64,000 nucleotides of DNA, from NCBI GenBank assembly GCA_963663225.1, contig OY760142.1, positions 2,976,001 to 3,040,000 on the forward strand, in the 5' to 3' direction. Shown here piece by piece: positions 1 to 9,524 of this stretch (position 1 is the stretch's first letter; each line of letters starts with the position of its first letter). Source of the DNA: Nitrospirota bacterium (GTDB lineage Bacteria; Nitrospirota; UBA9217). Position numbers and translations under genes: made by a program. The notes beneath the pieces were generated by a model, which did not search any database, was not told the DNA's origin, and worked only from the letters and a program-made list of their open reading frames with translations.

Positions 1-91
1 CCAAAAAGATTCTCCCTGTCCGCTCCGCCATAACAGCGTCATTCTTCGCAAAAAACCTGCTGGACAGCAAAGAACCGCAAAAACAGGCAAA

Positions 92-1525
92 CTATTTTTT
101 CACATAAGGCTCATACTCCAGATAGAGTTTTCTCAGAGCAAATACGTATTTAAAACCCCTGCTGATAATGGTAAACATTTCCTTGAAGGGGTACCGTACC
201 CTCTTGAGCCGGAGAGGATTGGCCCGGAAGGCAATGCCGTACAGCTCTGAGAACCGCTGATAAAACTTCCGGATGGGAAGCCGTGTCGGAAGAATCGTGT
301 GCATGCAGTCGTAATAAACGTAGGGATCTTTGATGTAGTCATTTTTATGCTTTTCCCACAGTTCTGTGCCCGGTGACGGGGAAAACACGGTGAACGTCAC
401 TTCAGCGGGGCACACTTTTTTGACTTCTTCTTTCAGATTTGCAAATTCTTCCTCGCCGAAATCCGGATCGAGCATAAAGCTCGCGTGCAGCGTCAAATCC
501 AGCTCCCGGAGAATTTCGACCGCTCTCCTGTTTTTATCGACCGTCGTGCGTTTGTTCAACTTCTGCAATCGCTCTCCGGTCATGGCTTCAAGCCCGACAT
601 ACACCATGCTGAGGCCTGCCTGCTTCCAAATTTTGAAAACCTCCGGGTTCCGTACAATGCTGTCGCTTCGTGCCCAGCTGATGAATTTCTTTTTTATTCC
701 CCGGTCGATGAGCAGCTGGGCTATCTTGGTCATGCGGTCGGCGTTGATAAAGTTTTCGTCGTCCACAAAATAGATATGATCTTCCTGCAACCTTGCTATT
801 TCATCGACGACGTCTTCCGGGGTCCTTTGGAGATACTGGCCCCGCATGATGTGATGGACCACACAAAACGAACAGTTAAACGGGCAGCCGTTCGACGTGC
901 GGATCGTTGCCGTTCGGGGGAAAATAGTTTCCACCTTTTTTTCGTCGCTCGCCGTCCAGACGCAAAAATATTTGGACCGGTCGACAAGCTCCCGCCTCGG
1001 CAGTGGAATGTCCTCTATCTGAGGATATTTGGGCGGCAGTGCTTTCGCCTTTTCGGGGAAATCAGGGTCTTTGGGAGATAATATCGCATCCCCGGTGCTG
1101 AGAGGAAGCCCTTGTGTAAACCGATTTACAATCTCTTTGAAAGCGGTGCCGCCTTCTCCCCGCACAATGATATCGATGGCATCAATTCCGTAATCCCCCG
1201 GGAGGACGGTCGCGTGTATGCCGCCCACGACGTTGATGACGGCAGGTGCATGTTTCTTTGCAAATTCGGCAAGCTCCCGTACAAGCGCGGCCTGGCTGCT
1301 GAACCCGGTATATCCCACAATATCGGGTTTCATGGCCAGCAGTCTTTTTTTGAATGCATCGAAAGGGTCCTGCTCAAAGCTCAGGTCCATGATGACAACT
1401 TCATGCTCGCGGGGAATGCCGCCAGCCACAATTTCCAGCTCAAGGGGTTCCAGGTGCATGAAATAGTCCATCAAAAATTTGGACAAGGCCAGGGGCGGAT
1501 ACGGTTTAATCAGTAGAATACGCAT
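92..1525 (-). CDS. Cobalamin-binding radical SAM protein (class B / BchE-like), last visible gene of the lipid cluster
   Basis: N-terminal B12-binding Rossmann segment (EPLELEIVAG...PDIVG...VVGGIHAT...RGEG), CX3CX2C motif SNGCPFNCSFC, FVDDENF and VGLEA. Start moved to ATG 1525 (MRILLIKP), which has GGAGGT 5 nt upstream. Confidence 0.88.
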   Translation of the reverse strand: MRILLIKPYPPLALSKFLMDYFMHLEPLELEIVAGGIPREHEVVIMDLSFEQDPFDAFKKRLLAMKPDIVGYTGFSSQAALVRELAEFAKKHAPAVINVVGGIHATVLPGDYGIDAIDIIVRGEGGTAFKEIVNRFTQGLPLSTGDAILSPKDPDFPEKAKALPPKYPQIEDIPLPRRELVDRSKYFCVWTASDEKKVETIFPRTATIRTSNGCPFNCSFCVVHHIMRGQYLQRTPEDVVDEIARLQEDHIYFVDDENFINADRMTKIAQLLIDRGIKKKFISWARSDSIVRNPEVFKIWKQAGLSMVYVGLEAMTGERLQKLNKRTTVDKNRRAVEILRELDLTLHASFMLDPDFGEEEFANLKEEVKKVCPAEVTFTVFSPSPGTELWEKHKNDYIKDPYVYYDCMHTILPTRLPIRKFYQRFSELYGIAFRANPLRLKRVRYPFKEMFTIISRGFKYVFALRKLYLEYEPYVKK

Positions 1526-1616
1526 TGAATACCTCCAAAATTCTCTTTCATTCATTATTCTAAGGCGGCCGATGCCTGTCAAGCCGCCTGGTGTTCAGCC
1601 GGTTGGCCCACCGTTA

Positions 1617-3053
1617 TCAGCGGGAGCGTTTTATTTTTCCGCTCGGTGTTTTTTCCAGACAGTCTACGAAAGAAAAATCTTTCGGCACCTTATACGGTGC
1701 CAGGTGATGGTAACAGAAACGCTTCAGATCGTCAACTAAAGCATCAGAACGGACCATATCTTTTGCAACAACATCAGCAGCCGGAAGTTGCCCATAATGG
1801 GGATGTGGCACGCCATAGACAAAAGACTCCTTTACCTGCGGATGTTGATTGATGACCGCTTCCACTTCCTGTGCAAAAATTTTCATCCCGGCAAAATTAA
1901 TTATATCTTTCTGTCTCCCGACAATGAAGAGAAAACCGTCCGGATCCATTCGGCCGAGATCTCCTGTTTTAAACCAGCCGTCGGCAAGAATGTCTTCTCT
2001 GGGCTGCCAGGGAGAATAGTAGGCGTCAAGCATCCCCTTGCCTTTGATGCGAATTTCGCCGATACCGTTTGCATCTTTGTTATCAAGGGCGATCTGGTAA
2101 TCCGGCAATGGTTTGCCCACTGAACCGCGTTTGTTTTTTCCGCCGCCCAGGCGAATAAACGGCAAACCGACTTCTATGATGCCGTAGGCTTCGGACAACT
2201 CCAGGCCGAATTTCGCCGTAAAGTCCTCGGCAACCGCGTCGGGCAGCTTCATGGTCGTGGATATTGCCAGGCGGATACGGCTCAGGGTTTCCGGTGCAAG
2301 CTGGTCTGTTTTTGACAAGAGGCTGTAGTGAACAGGCGATGCATAGATCAGGGTGCCCTGGTGACTGGTTATCCCTTCGATAAATGGTTCCGGGAAAAGA
2401 TGGCCGCAGAGCACCAGCGTTGCACCGCGCCGCAGGAACAAAAGGATCGTAACGACAAAATGATAACTCATGGAAAGGACCCAGAGAATGACGTCCGCTG
2501 AAGATATGCACAATCCCTTGTCTGCGGCATCGGTCCTCTCGATGATCGCCTCATGTGACAGCACGACACCCTTGCTTATTCCCGTGGTACCGGAGGTAAA
2601 GCGGATGAACGCGGGATTGAGCCTGAAATATTCCGGCTTCGGGCGTTCTCGTATGGACCTTTTTACAATAATAAGCTGTTTTTTTCTAAGGCCGGGTGAG
2701 GCAAGGACATCGCGATATCCCCCGGTCCGCAATTTCGGCTCCGCGATAAGAAAATCCACGTCGATTCTGTCGACGACCGTTTCAATCTCTTCCGGAGTTT
2801 GCTCCGGAGAAACGGGTACCAGGACAGCTGAGAGCGACAAAACAGCAAGACTGGTGATGATATAATCAATGCTGTCTTCACACAGAAAACCGACTCGGTG
2901 AAGACGGGCAATTCCTTTTCGCCGCATGGCTTCCGCAGTCTGCTCCACGGCAGTGATAAGTTGCCCGTAGGTTACCCGGTCCTCACCCTCGATGACCGCG
3001 GTCTTGTCAAGCTGTGATTCCGCTTCTGTTTTTATGCTCTCGAAAATATTCAT
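1617..3053 (-). CDS. AMP-binding acyl-CoA/acyl-ACP ligase (ANL superfamily)
   Basis: Adenylation motifs FTSGTTGISKG, YGIIE, WFKTGDLG, GRQKD and the C-terminal TPSGKI. Confidence 0.9.
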   Translation of the reverse strand: MNIFESIKTEAESQLDKTAVIEGEDRVTYGQLITAVEQTAEAMRRKGIARLHRVGFLCEDSIDYIITSLAVLSLSAVLVPVSPEQTPEEIETVVDRIDVDFLIAEPKLRTGGYRDVLASPGLRKKQLIIVKRSIRERPKPEYFRLNPAFIRFTSGTTGISKGVVLSHEAIIERTDAADKGLCISSADVILWVLSMSYHFVVTILLFLRRGATLVLCGHLFPEPFIEGITSHQGTLIYASPVHYSLLSKTDQLAPETLSRIRLAISTTMKLPDAVAEDFTAKFGLELSEAYGIIEVGLPFIRLGGGKNKRGSVGKPLPDYQIALDNKDANGIGEIRIKGKGMLDAYYSPWQPREDILADGWFKTGDLGRMDPDGFLFIVGRQKDIINFAGMKIFAQEVEAVINQHPQVKESFVYGVPHPHYGQLPAADVVAKDMVRSDALVDDLKRFCYHHLAPYKVPKDFSFVDCLEKTPSGKIKRSR

Positions 3054-3092
3054 AAACGTTTTCTGTATTGCCGAAGCAACGATGTCAATGGT

Positions 3093-4298
3093 TCAGCGTG
3101 TAGACATCGGATACCTGCCGTTTTTGCTGAAATACGCCGCCGCCGTTCCAGCCTGTTCACCGAGCGCAATACAGGTGCCCATGACCCGGGTGGAGCCGAG
3201 CGCTGCATGCGAAACGGATATACAGCGTCCGGCGCACAGCAGATTTTTGAACCCTTTGACCGTCATGCAGCGAAATGGAATCTCATAATAATCGCCCTGC
3301 GGCACATACCGGTATGTTGTGCCGTGCTCGCTGGTCCATTCTTCGATGGGCCAGGAATTCTTGACGACGCCGTCAGTAAATTTTTTTGCCGTCAGCACGT
3401 CCTCTTCGGTAAGGATATAGTCTCCCTGAACCCGCCTTCCTTCCCGTTCTAAAATTTTGGGCGCTGTTTCAGCAATGCCGGCATTTTTGAATGGCGGAAG
3501 GACGCCCGCCAGATAAGCAATCATTGCGGACGCTTCTTTTTTCGCCCATTCGGTCCGATCCGAGTCTCCTCCGCTCTCCAGGCTCAGTTTGCAATAGCCT
3601 TCCTCGGGAGTCATTCCAAGGGTAAAGGTCGTGAACCGTGACAATGGCGACAGTTCTTTTTGCTGAACGGCTCGTGCAAGATAGTACGGCACTTTTACCG
3701 ACAGTGCTTCGTCCGCGTTTTTCAGCCCTTTAATATGGATCGTAAAACCGGCCAGCTGCCGCTCGTGAGGAGGAGCCAGTTCAAAATCCGCGCCGGCGGC
3801 GGCAGCAATGGTTCCGTCGCCGGTACAATCAATAACGGCCTGCGCGCTCACAACCATCGTCCGGTCAATGCCGCGCACGGTCACTGCCTTGACTCTTTGA
3901 TCGTCGGCATTCACCCCGACAGCGGCATGCTGCAACAAGAGAATGATTTTTTTCTCCGCCGCGCAAAGCCATGCAAGAGTGTTTGAAAGTGTTTTTCTCG
4001 AATACGGCAGAACAAACACCTGGCCGATTTTCCGCACGGAAGATCCCGGCGCGTTTTTTTTTAAAAGCATTTCCAGTTCACGAACGAACCCTGCGTTTAA
4101 CGTTTCCAGCGGGAAATCTTTTCCATTCAAATACAGCCCGCAGATATATTGAAACATGCCTGCGCACCCGATGCCGCCAAGATATGATTCAGACTCGACA
4201 AGCATCGTATCCGCACCTGACCGGGCTGCGGCTATTGCAGCGGCGGTTCCCGCGACGCCACCGCCGACCACCAGCACGTCACAGGACAGGTCGTTCAT
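3093..4298 (-). CDS. FAD-dependent oxidoreductase
   Basis: DVLVVGGGVAGTAAAIAAAR FAD motif, IDCTGDG, and C-terminal YEIPFRCM...NLLCAGRCIS...RVMGTC...GEQAG typical of this family. Confidence 0.85.
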   Translation of the reverse strand: MNDLSCDVLVVGGGVAGTAAAIAAARSGADTMLVESESYLGGIGCAGMFQYICGLYLNGKDFPLETLNAGFVRELEMLLKKNAPGSSVRKIGQVFVLPYSRKTLSNTLAWLCAAEKKIILLLQHAAVGVNADDQRVKAVTVRGIDRTMVVSAQAVIDCTGDGTIAAAAGADFELAPPHERQLAGFTIHIKGLKNADEALSVKVPYYLARAVQQKELSPLSRFTTFTLGMTPEEGYCKLSLESGGDSDRTEWAKKEASAMIAYLAGVLPPFKNAGIAETAPKILEREGRRVQGDYILTEEDVLTAKKFTDGVVKNSWPIEEWTSEHGTTYRYVPQGDYYEIPFRCMTVKGFKNLLCAGRCISVSHAALGSTRVMGTCIALGEQAGTAAAYFSKNGRYPMSTR

Positions 4299-5614
4299 GA
4301 CGGGGACGCTCCAAGTTCCAATCGTATGCCTGTTTCCAGCGCAGAAATTTCCTCGTCGGTCAGCAGACCATCGAGATACGAAATCGTCAGATTCAGCCGG
4401 CCATTGTAGTAATTACTGAAAAACCCGATGCCGGGGGGTACCGGAACACGCGGCATGTGAAAAAAATTACTGATGTGTCTGCCCATAAATTCATCCGACA
4501 GATAAGCGCTTTTTCCCAGATGCGAGAAGGCAAACGTTGCCATTCTGCCTTTCATCGGAAGATACAGCAGTTTCGCGAGCACCGGCAGCGGTGCTATGCG
4601 GGTCAGCAAACTGGCTTCGGATAAATCTTTCGGAAAACCGGATTTCACCTGATCGTACATTTGCCGTTTGAATGCCGTCAGAAGGACATTTCTGTCTGCG
4701 GCATCCGCAAGCGAAATCTGAAAAAACAGAAAGGAAATATGGTTGAAAAAGATTTCCTGCAACGGTTCTTTGCCCGGCCTCAAGTCCGTCGACACCGGGA
4801 TCACATAACTGGTTCCATCATTGGACGTCGCCGAGAAAAGCCCATGGATGGTGCGGGTTATGGCCGCCAGAAAAAACGGGGATTCCATGAGGTATCCGGC
4901 CTCATGGTACGCCCTGGCATATATTTCCGACGTTTCCTGTTCGGTGAACGCGAGCAGACGGTATGTAAAACCGCGTCCTCGCCCTTCTGGAAACGGAAAA
5001 GCCTTCGGAGTGGATTCCGACAACGCAATAATCCTGCGGTTCACGCTTCTGCCGGCCAGAAACTTATTCTTCCATTGTGTCAATGCCATTGAAGAAGTAA
5101 AGCGTATATCACCGGACAGATCGTGATTGTCCCTGTTTTGCTGAAGCAGATTAAGGAATGCTTCGGCGCCACGGGCGTCAAACAGCCGATGATCGAAAGT
5201 CATAGCAAGGGCGCTTTGTGTGGTCCCATTAGTAAACAGGTGGAACGCGATATGCTCCTTGTCGTCCCTGAATTTGCTGTTGGCGTTTTCCTGCAGACGG
5301 GAGAATACGGCATCCAGAGAAAAACCGCCATCGATCCGGGTCACTTTTAACGTTACATCACGATTTGCCGAAGAGGGTATTTTCCAGTAAGGGGTAAGTT
5401 TGAAGTCCCGGGCAACAGTCCCCTCCAGCACGGGGAACCGTTTTAAAAAACGGTTCACACGGCCGTGCAGGTCGGCTTCGTCGAGATGTCCGTCTAGGAC
5501 AAGAACGATCTGGGACATGTTCCCCGAACTGGTCAGGGACTTCATCATATAGTCGAGCGTGTTGATTGCCCAGTCATGACCGGATAAATAGCGCTTGCGA
5601 TTAGATACCAGCAT
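4295..5614 (-). CDS. Condensation-domain-like / CoA-dependent acyltransferase
   Basis: HxxxD(x)G-type motif FDHRLFDARG, N-terminal LVLDGHLD...RFPVL and C-terminal GRLNLTISY segments typical of the CAT-like two-lobe acyltransferase fold; 439 aa. Confidence 0.65.
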   Translation of the reverse strand: MLVSNRKRYLSGHDWAINTLDYMMKSLTSSGNMSQIVLVLDGHLDEADLHGRVNRFLKRFPVLEGTVARDFKLTPYWKIPSSANRDVTLKVTRIDGGFSLDAVFSRLQENANSKFRDDKEHIAFHLFTNGTTQSALAMTFDHRLFDARGAEAFLNLLQQNRDNHDLSGDIRFTSSMALTQWKNKFLAGRSVNRRIIALSESTPKAFPFPEGRGRGFTYRLLAFTEQETSEIYARAYHEAGYLMESPFFLAAITRTIHGLFSATSNDGTSYVIPVSTDLRPGKEPLQEIFFNHISFLFFQISLADAADRNVLLTAFKRQMYDQVKSGFPKDLSEASLLTRIAPLPVLAKLLYLPMKGRMATFAFSHLGKSAYLSDEFMGRHISNFFHMPRVPVPPGIGFFSNYYNGRLNLTISYLDGLLTDEEISALETGIRLELGASPS

Positions 5615-5626
5615 AATAAACCAGCG

Positions 5627-5869
5627 TTACAGCATTCTCTTGATGAAGGATGCCAGGCTGTGAATGGTTTCGAAGTCCTTTTTTGTCAGATCGGAAGTGA
5701 TTAATTGAAGTTTGAATGTTTTTTCCACAAGCACAAGAATCTCGACAAACCCCAAAGAATCAATTCCCAATTCATGAAACGGCTTGTCCGGCCTGATCGC
5801 AGACTCTTCCCTGCCGGTAATCAGCGAAATGCCTTTGATTAATTTGTCTTCAATTTCCTGTATTGTCAT
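5627..5869 (-). CDS. Acyl/peptidyl carrier protein
   Basis: 80 aa; phosphopantetheine site LGIDSLG; C-terminal DFETIHSLASFI. Confidence 0.88.
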   Translation of the reverse strand: MTIQEIEDKLIKGISLITGREESAIRPDKPFHELGIDSLGFVEILVLVEKTFKLQLITSDLTKKDFETIHSLASFIKRML

Positions 5870-5935
5870 ATGACTTGCCCTCTTGGTTATGATACAGTCC
5901 GACTGCGCCGCACCCGTGAATCAGTACAAGACGAA

Positions 5936-7003
5936 TCATAGTTTTTTCAAGTACACTGTTGCTTTATCACCCGAGCAGTTGCATCCTATGCACCGGATCG
6001 ATTCAATCAGGGCGGTGCCGGATTCGGTCAAAAGATTGAGCTCTAAAGGGTTATCCAGAACCGGTGCCGGATAATAAACTTGTTTTTTTAGCATCAGAGC
6101 GCCGGCCGCAATATTGAAGGCGCTGCCAGTCATGACGCTGCCGAAAAGCGGAGCGTATGCCGCAGCCGGAGTGTCTGGTGACAGTAAGGGACGATACGCC
6201 GATTCATCCTGCATCATGCCGTCGGCATCTATGATAATAAGGTCATCAGGGTCCTGCCGTCCGTAGTCGTCGTGAAGCCGCAGTGCATCGACAGAACAAT
6301 ACCTGTTCTGCGTTTGTAGTTCGCTTGCCAGCAGAAAAACAGCCCCTTCCCCCGGGACCTGGCAGGTCGGATTGAAAACAAATGGTTTTATTTTGCCGTC
6401 CGGCGCATTATGCAGTTTTTGTTCTGACACATATCCCAGAACATCTCCGTACTGGTCCACACCGCCCACAAGGACGTAATCGCAACGTTTTTGAAGAAGC
6501 CACGTCTGGGCAAGCTGAAGGGCCGACTGAAATGAAAAGCGGAATTGCGTTACGGTCAGGGTCGGCCCCTGAATGTCCAGGGATGATGCTATATAGGAAG
6601 CTGCGGCATTATGCACGGAGTTTGAAAACGTGGTCGGCGACACCGCTGCATCGCCGAAGTCCAGGATGCCGTCAAGAAAATCGAACGTCGTTACATGAGC
6701 GCCAAAAGCCGTCGCCAGGATAATGCCCAGTTTTTTTCCGGTACAGTCAATTCCGCTGTCGGATATCGCGTCTGCCGCTGCAAGGACAGCCATCTTGCTC
6801 AGCTTGTCGGCCCGCCTGATTTTCTTCAACAGGGTCTTGTCCGGGACATCATCGAAGCTGACCAGATAGGCAAATCGTTTCCGGTCGGCATGTGAAGGCA
6901 CGGGTATTTCAAGAGGAGGCAGCCAGCCTGTTTGCAGGGCATTATCAAACCGGGCAATACCCAAACCCCGGGAAAAAATCATGCCTATTCCCGCTATGTT
7001 CAT
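5936..7003 (-). CDS. Ketosynthase-like chain-length factor (no catalytic Cys)
   Basis: KS N-terminal motifs IRRADKLSKMA and SPTTFSNSVHNAAA...GPTLTV, but TQFRFS replaces the ACSS active site; 4-nt overlap with the adjacent KS. Confidence 0.8.
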   Translation of the reverse strand: MNIAGIGMIFSRGLGIARFDNALQTGWLPPLEIPVPSHADRKRFAYLVSFDDVPDKTLLKKIRRADKLSKMAVLAAADAISDSGIDCTGKKLGIILATAFGAHVTTFDFLDGILDFGDAAVSPTTFSNSVHNAAASYIASSLDIQGPTLTVTQFRFSFQSALQLAQTWLLQKRCDYVLVGGVDQYGDVLGYVSEQKLHNAPDGKIKPFVFNPTCQVPGEGAVFLLASELQTQNRYCSVDALRLHDDYGRQDPDDLIIIDADGMMQDESAYRPLLSPDTPAAAYAPLFGSVMTGSAFNIAAGALMLKKQVYYPAPVLDNPLELNLLTESGTALIESIRCIGCNCSGDKATVYLKKL

Positions 7004-8178
7004 GCGCCCCCCTTTCTGCCGATTACAATGGCTGCATTGTTGCCGCCGAACGCAAGAGAGGTCGATACAGCATAGGTCCCGCTGATTTGTGTTTTTTCTT
7101 TGATGGGAGCGATCGGAATTGCCTCGTCACGGTTCTGGAAACCCACGCTGGCAGGCAACCATCCATCCCTGAGGCCGGCAGCAGTAAACACCGCTTCTAC
7201 TCCCCCTGCCGCACCGAGGGTGTGTCCGGTGAACCCTTTTGTTGAAAGCATTGCGAGGTCCGCACCGAAAATGTTTGCGAGGACTTTTCCTTCAACAAGG
7301 TCATTGTCCTGCGTCCCGGTGCCGTGCGCATTTACAAAAGCAACTTCAGCCGGTGTTATGCCGGCCTCCTCCAATGCCATGCGGATTGATGCTCTCAGAC
7401 CTGTCCCTTCAGGACTCGGCGCCGTAAGATGATATGCGTCTCCAAAAGATCCATATCCCGCAAGAAAAAGTTCTGATGTGTTCCTTCTTTTTTCCCTTAT
7501 GGATTTTTTTTCGAGGACCATGACTCCCGCGCCTTCGCCCAGATTAAGCCCTTTTCGATCTCGGTCAAAAGGGGCGCATAAATTCATATTGAGAATCCCG
7601 AGAGAGCCGAAGCCGCAGTATGGAATGTGGCTCAACTCGTCCGCTCCTCCGGCAATGGCAATGTCACACAGATCGTTTTTGATCCACGACAATGCCACGC
7701 CGATGGCATCCGTTCCTGATGAACACGCATTTACAACCGTAAGGTTCGGGCCTTTTGCCCCTAATTTTCTTGCAATGGAATCCGACAGGTTTCCTTTCAG
7801 GAAGCGGTCCACTGCCATGAGAGGCGCAGTGCCTTTCGAGCGGTATGTGGTATAGAACCGCAGATCGTTTAGCTGACTTGCAACGGTCGTGCCCATGCAG
7901 ACCCCGACCCGATACGGTGTAAGATCGGCCAAATTTGCTTCACGAAGCGCCTGATCCACGGCAATCAACGCCAAGCTGAGGGTCCTTTGGCCTTCACGAG
8001 AATACGCTTGCGGAATGTCCGGAACTTCAAACACAGGATATTGTAGTACGGACGGAAAAAGAGTTACCGGTCCTGCGTTTCTTCGTCCTGACTCAAAAGA
8101 ATCAAGCGTATCGCGGATATCCTTCCCTGCTGCCGATATCACTCCGAGTCCGGTTATGCGTATGTCAGACTTGGTCAT
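7000..8178 (-). CDS. Beta-ketoacyl-ACP synthase (type II KS)
   Basis: Cys-His-His triad NACSSG, NAHGTGT, GHTLGAAG; C-terminal SLAFGGNN. Confidence 0.92.
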   Translation of the reverse strand: MTKSDIRITGLGVISAAGKDIRDTLDSFESGRRNAGPVTLFPSVLQYPVFEVPDIPQAYSREGQRTLSLALIAVDQALREANLADLTPYRVGVCMGTTVASQLNDLRFYTTYRSKGTAPLMAVDRFLKGNLSDSIARKLGAKGPNLTVVNACSSGTDAIGVALSWIKNDLCDIAIAGGADELSHIPYCGFGSLGILNMNLCAPFDRDRKGLNLGEGAGVMVLEKKSIREKRRNTSELFLAGYGSFGDAYHLTAPSPEGTGLRASIRMALEEAGITPAEVAFVNAHGTGTQDNDLVEGKVLANIFGADLAMLSTKGFTGHTLGAAGGVEAVFTAAGLRDGWLPASVGFQNRDEAIPIAPIKEKTQISGTYAVSTSLAFGGNNAAIVIGRKGGA

Positions 8179-8215
8179 AATTCACTTTTCCTGATAAAAC
8201 CTGATAGGAAAGCCT

Positions 8216-9235
8216 CTAATTACCCACAGACGCCTTTTTCATATAGGACGCTTGATCAGGAACACCTAATAAATCCAGTCCCTGATCGATGGTCACGATT
8301 CGCATCGATGGATAGTTCATGTGTATATACCGTATCATTTCGGCAAGCTGGGTCAATTCATTGTACATCACATAATCGACCCGGGCAGTGGCCCCGCTCA
8401 CCTCGCCGCGGATCAGGTCACCCGGCTGCGGCGTTCCTGAAAAGGGAACAAGATACAGTGAGAAACCGTACACGGGAAACCAGTGCACGGTCACATATCG
8501 GGCGACGGTGCCGGAAGGACTAAGCCTGAGCGTCTCTCCTTTGATAAAGCTGCCCTGTTTGTCCTCCAGTTTTACCTGCGCGTCTATTTCATGCTGATAG
8601 AAAATAAGCCAGTTCTTGTTTGTAAATGCGGCGTCGATGTGTTCTTTCATGCGGGCGACATCATGTTTCATGGAAAACGACTTCAGAAAATATGGATCTG
8701 ACACGTCCGCATTCAGTGAATTCGCGCCTCCCCGTGCCGACCGGTAATACTTTCTTGCGATTGATCTGACCATCTCATTGTTTTTGTTGAATGGATAAAC
8801 AAGGTTCTTCACCGGCAATCCCAGACGATCCAGTTCCGCTTTGGATGCCGACAACTCGGCTTCAATTTCTTCCGGAGACAGAGAATTTAAGTTCGGATGG
8901 GAAACCGTATGGCTCAGAATTTCCCAGCCCGCATCACGAAGGTCGCGAATTTGTGCCGGAGTCATATGGTCCTGCGTATTGACCCATCCGGTAGTAATCG
9001 CCGAGCACGCAACGGCACCGTGGTCGGAAAAAATTTTTTTCCCTACAAGATGGTCGGTGTCGTCTCCGTCGTCGAAAACAAATGTCACCAAAGGGAGCCC
9101 ATTTCCGGCAAAAGACTTCACGCCGGAAGAAACGGTTTTCCCGCACGAGCACAACAGGAAAAAGACCGACGCAAGCAAAAAAAACCGTTTTATGACCGTG
9201 GCGTTGCGATCAGGATGTCTTTTTCCTGTTTTCAT
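8216..9235 (-). CDS. Polysaccharide deacetylase (NodB/CE4)-like lipoprotein
   Basis: Lipobox-like LLCSC after a hydrophobic stretch; CE4 motifs FVFDDG, EILSHTVSHP, YPFN and FYQH. Start uncertain (9235 or 9250). Confidence 0.75.
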   Translation of the reverse strand: MKTGKRHPDRNATVIKRFFLLASVFFLLCSCGKTVSSGVKSFAGNGLPLVTFVFDDGDDTDHLVGKKIFSDHGAVACSAITTGWVNTQDHMTPAQIRDLRDAGWEILSHTVSHPNLNSLSPEEIEAELSASKAELDRLGLPVKNLVYPFNKNNEMVRSIARKYYRSARGGANSLNADVSDPYFLKSFSMKHDVARMKEHIDAAFTNKNWLIFYQHEIDAQVKLEDKQGSFIKGETLRLSPSGTVARYVTVHWFPVYGFSLYLVPFSGTPQPGDLIRGEVSGATARVDYVMYNELTQLAEMIRYIHMNYPSMRIVTIDQGLDLLGVPDQASYMKKASVGN

Positions 9236-9494
9236 AAACGTAATTTGCAATGGTATTGATGGAATAAAAAATCTCTTTGCCCTGGTCCATATTTTTTACT
9301 TCCAGACCGAAATTGCGCTGCAGCAAAACGACGATTTCCACGGCATCGAGCGAGTCCAGGCCGAGTCCTTCTCCAAAAAGCACCTCATCATCCTTAATGT
9401 CTTCAGGCTTGACGTCCTCGAGAGACAGATCCTTCACGATCATCTCCTTCAGATTTTTTCGGATTGCTGCAAGCTCTTGTTCTTTATTTTCCAT
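9210..9494 (-). CDS. Acyl carrier protein (aryl-polyene/ladderane type)
   Basis: 94 aa, acidic; LFGEGLGLDSLDAVEI motif. Confidence 0.92.
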   Translation of the reverse strand: MENKEQELAAIRKNLKEMIVKDLSLEDVKPEDIKDDEVLFGEGLGLDSLDAVEIVVLLQRNFGLEVKNMDQGKEIFYSINTIANYVYENRKKTS

Positions 9495-9524
9495 ACTATG
9501 CTCCTTTAGGATAGCAATGATATA

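Noticed and set aside
3060-3088. TTGACA upstream of the AMP ligase as an internal promoter
   Set aside because: No -10 hexamer at 16-18 nt spacing.
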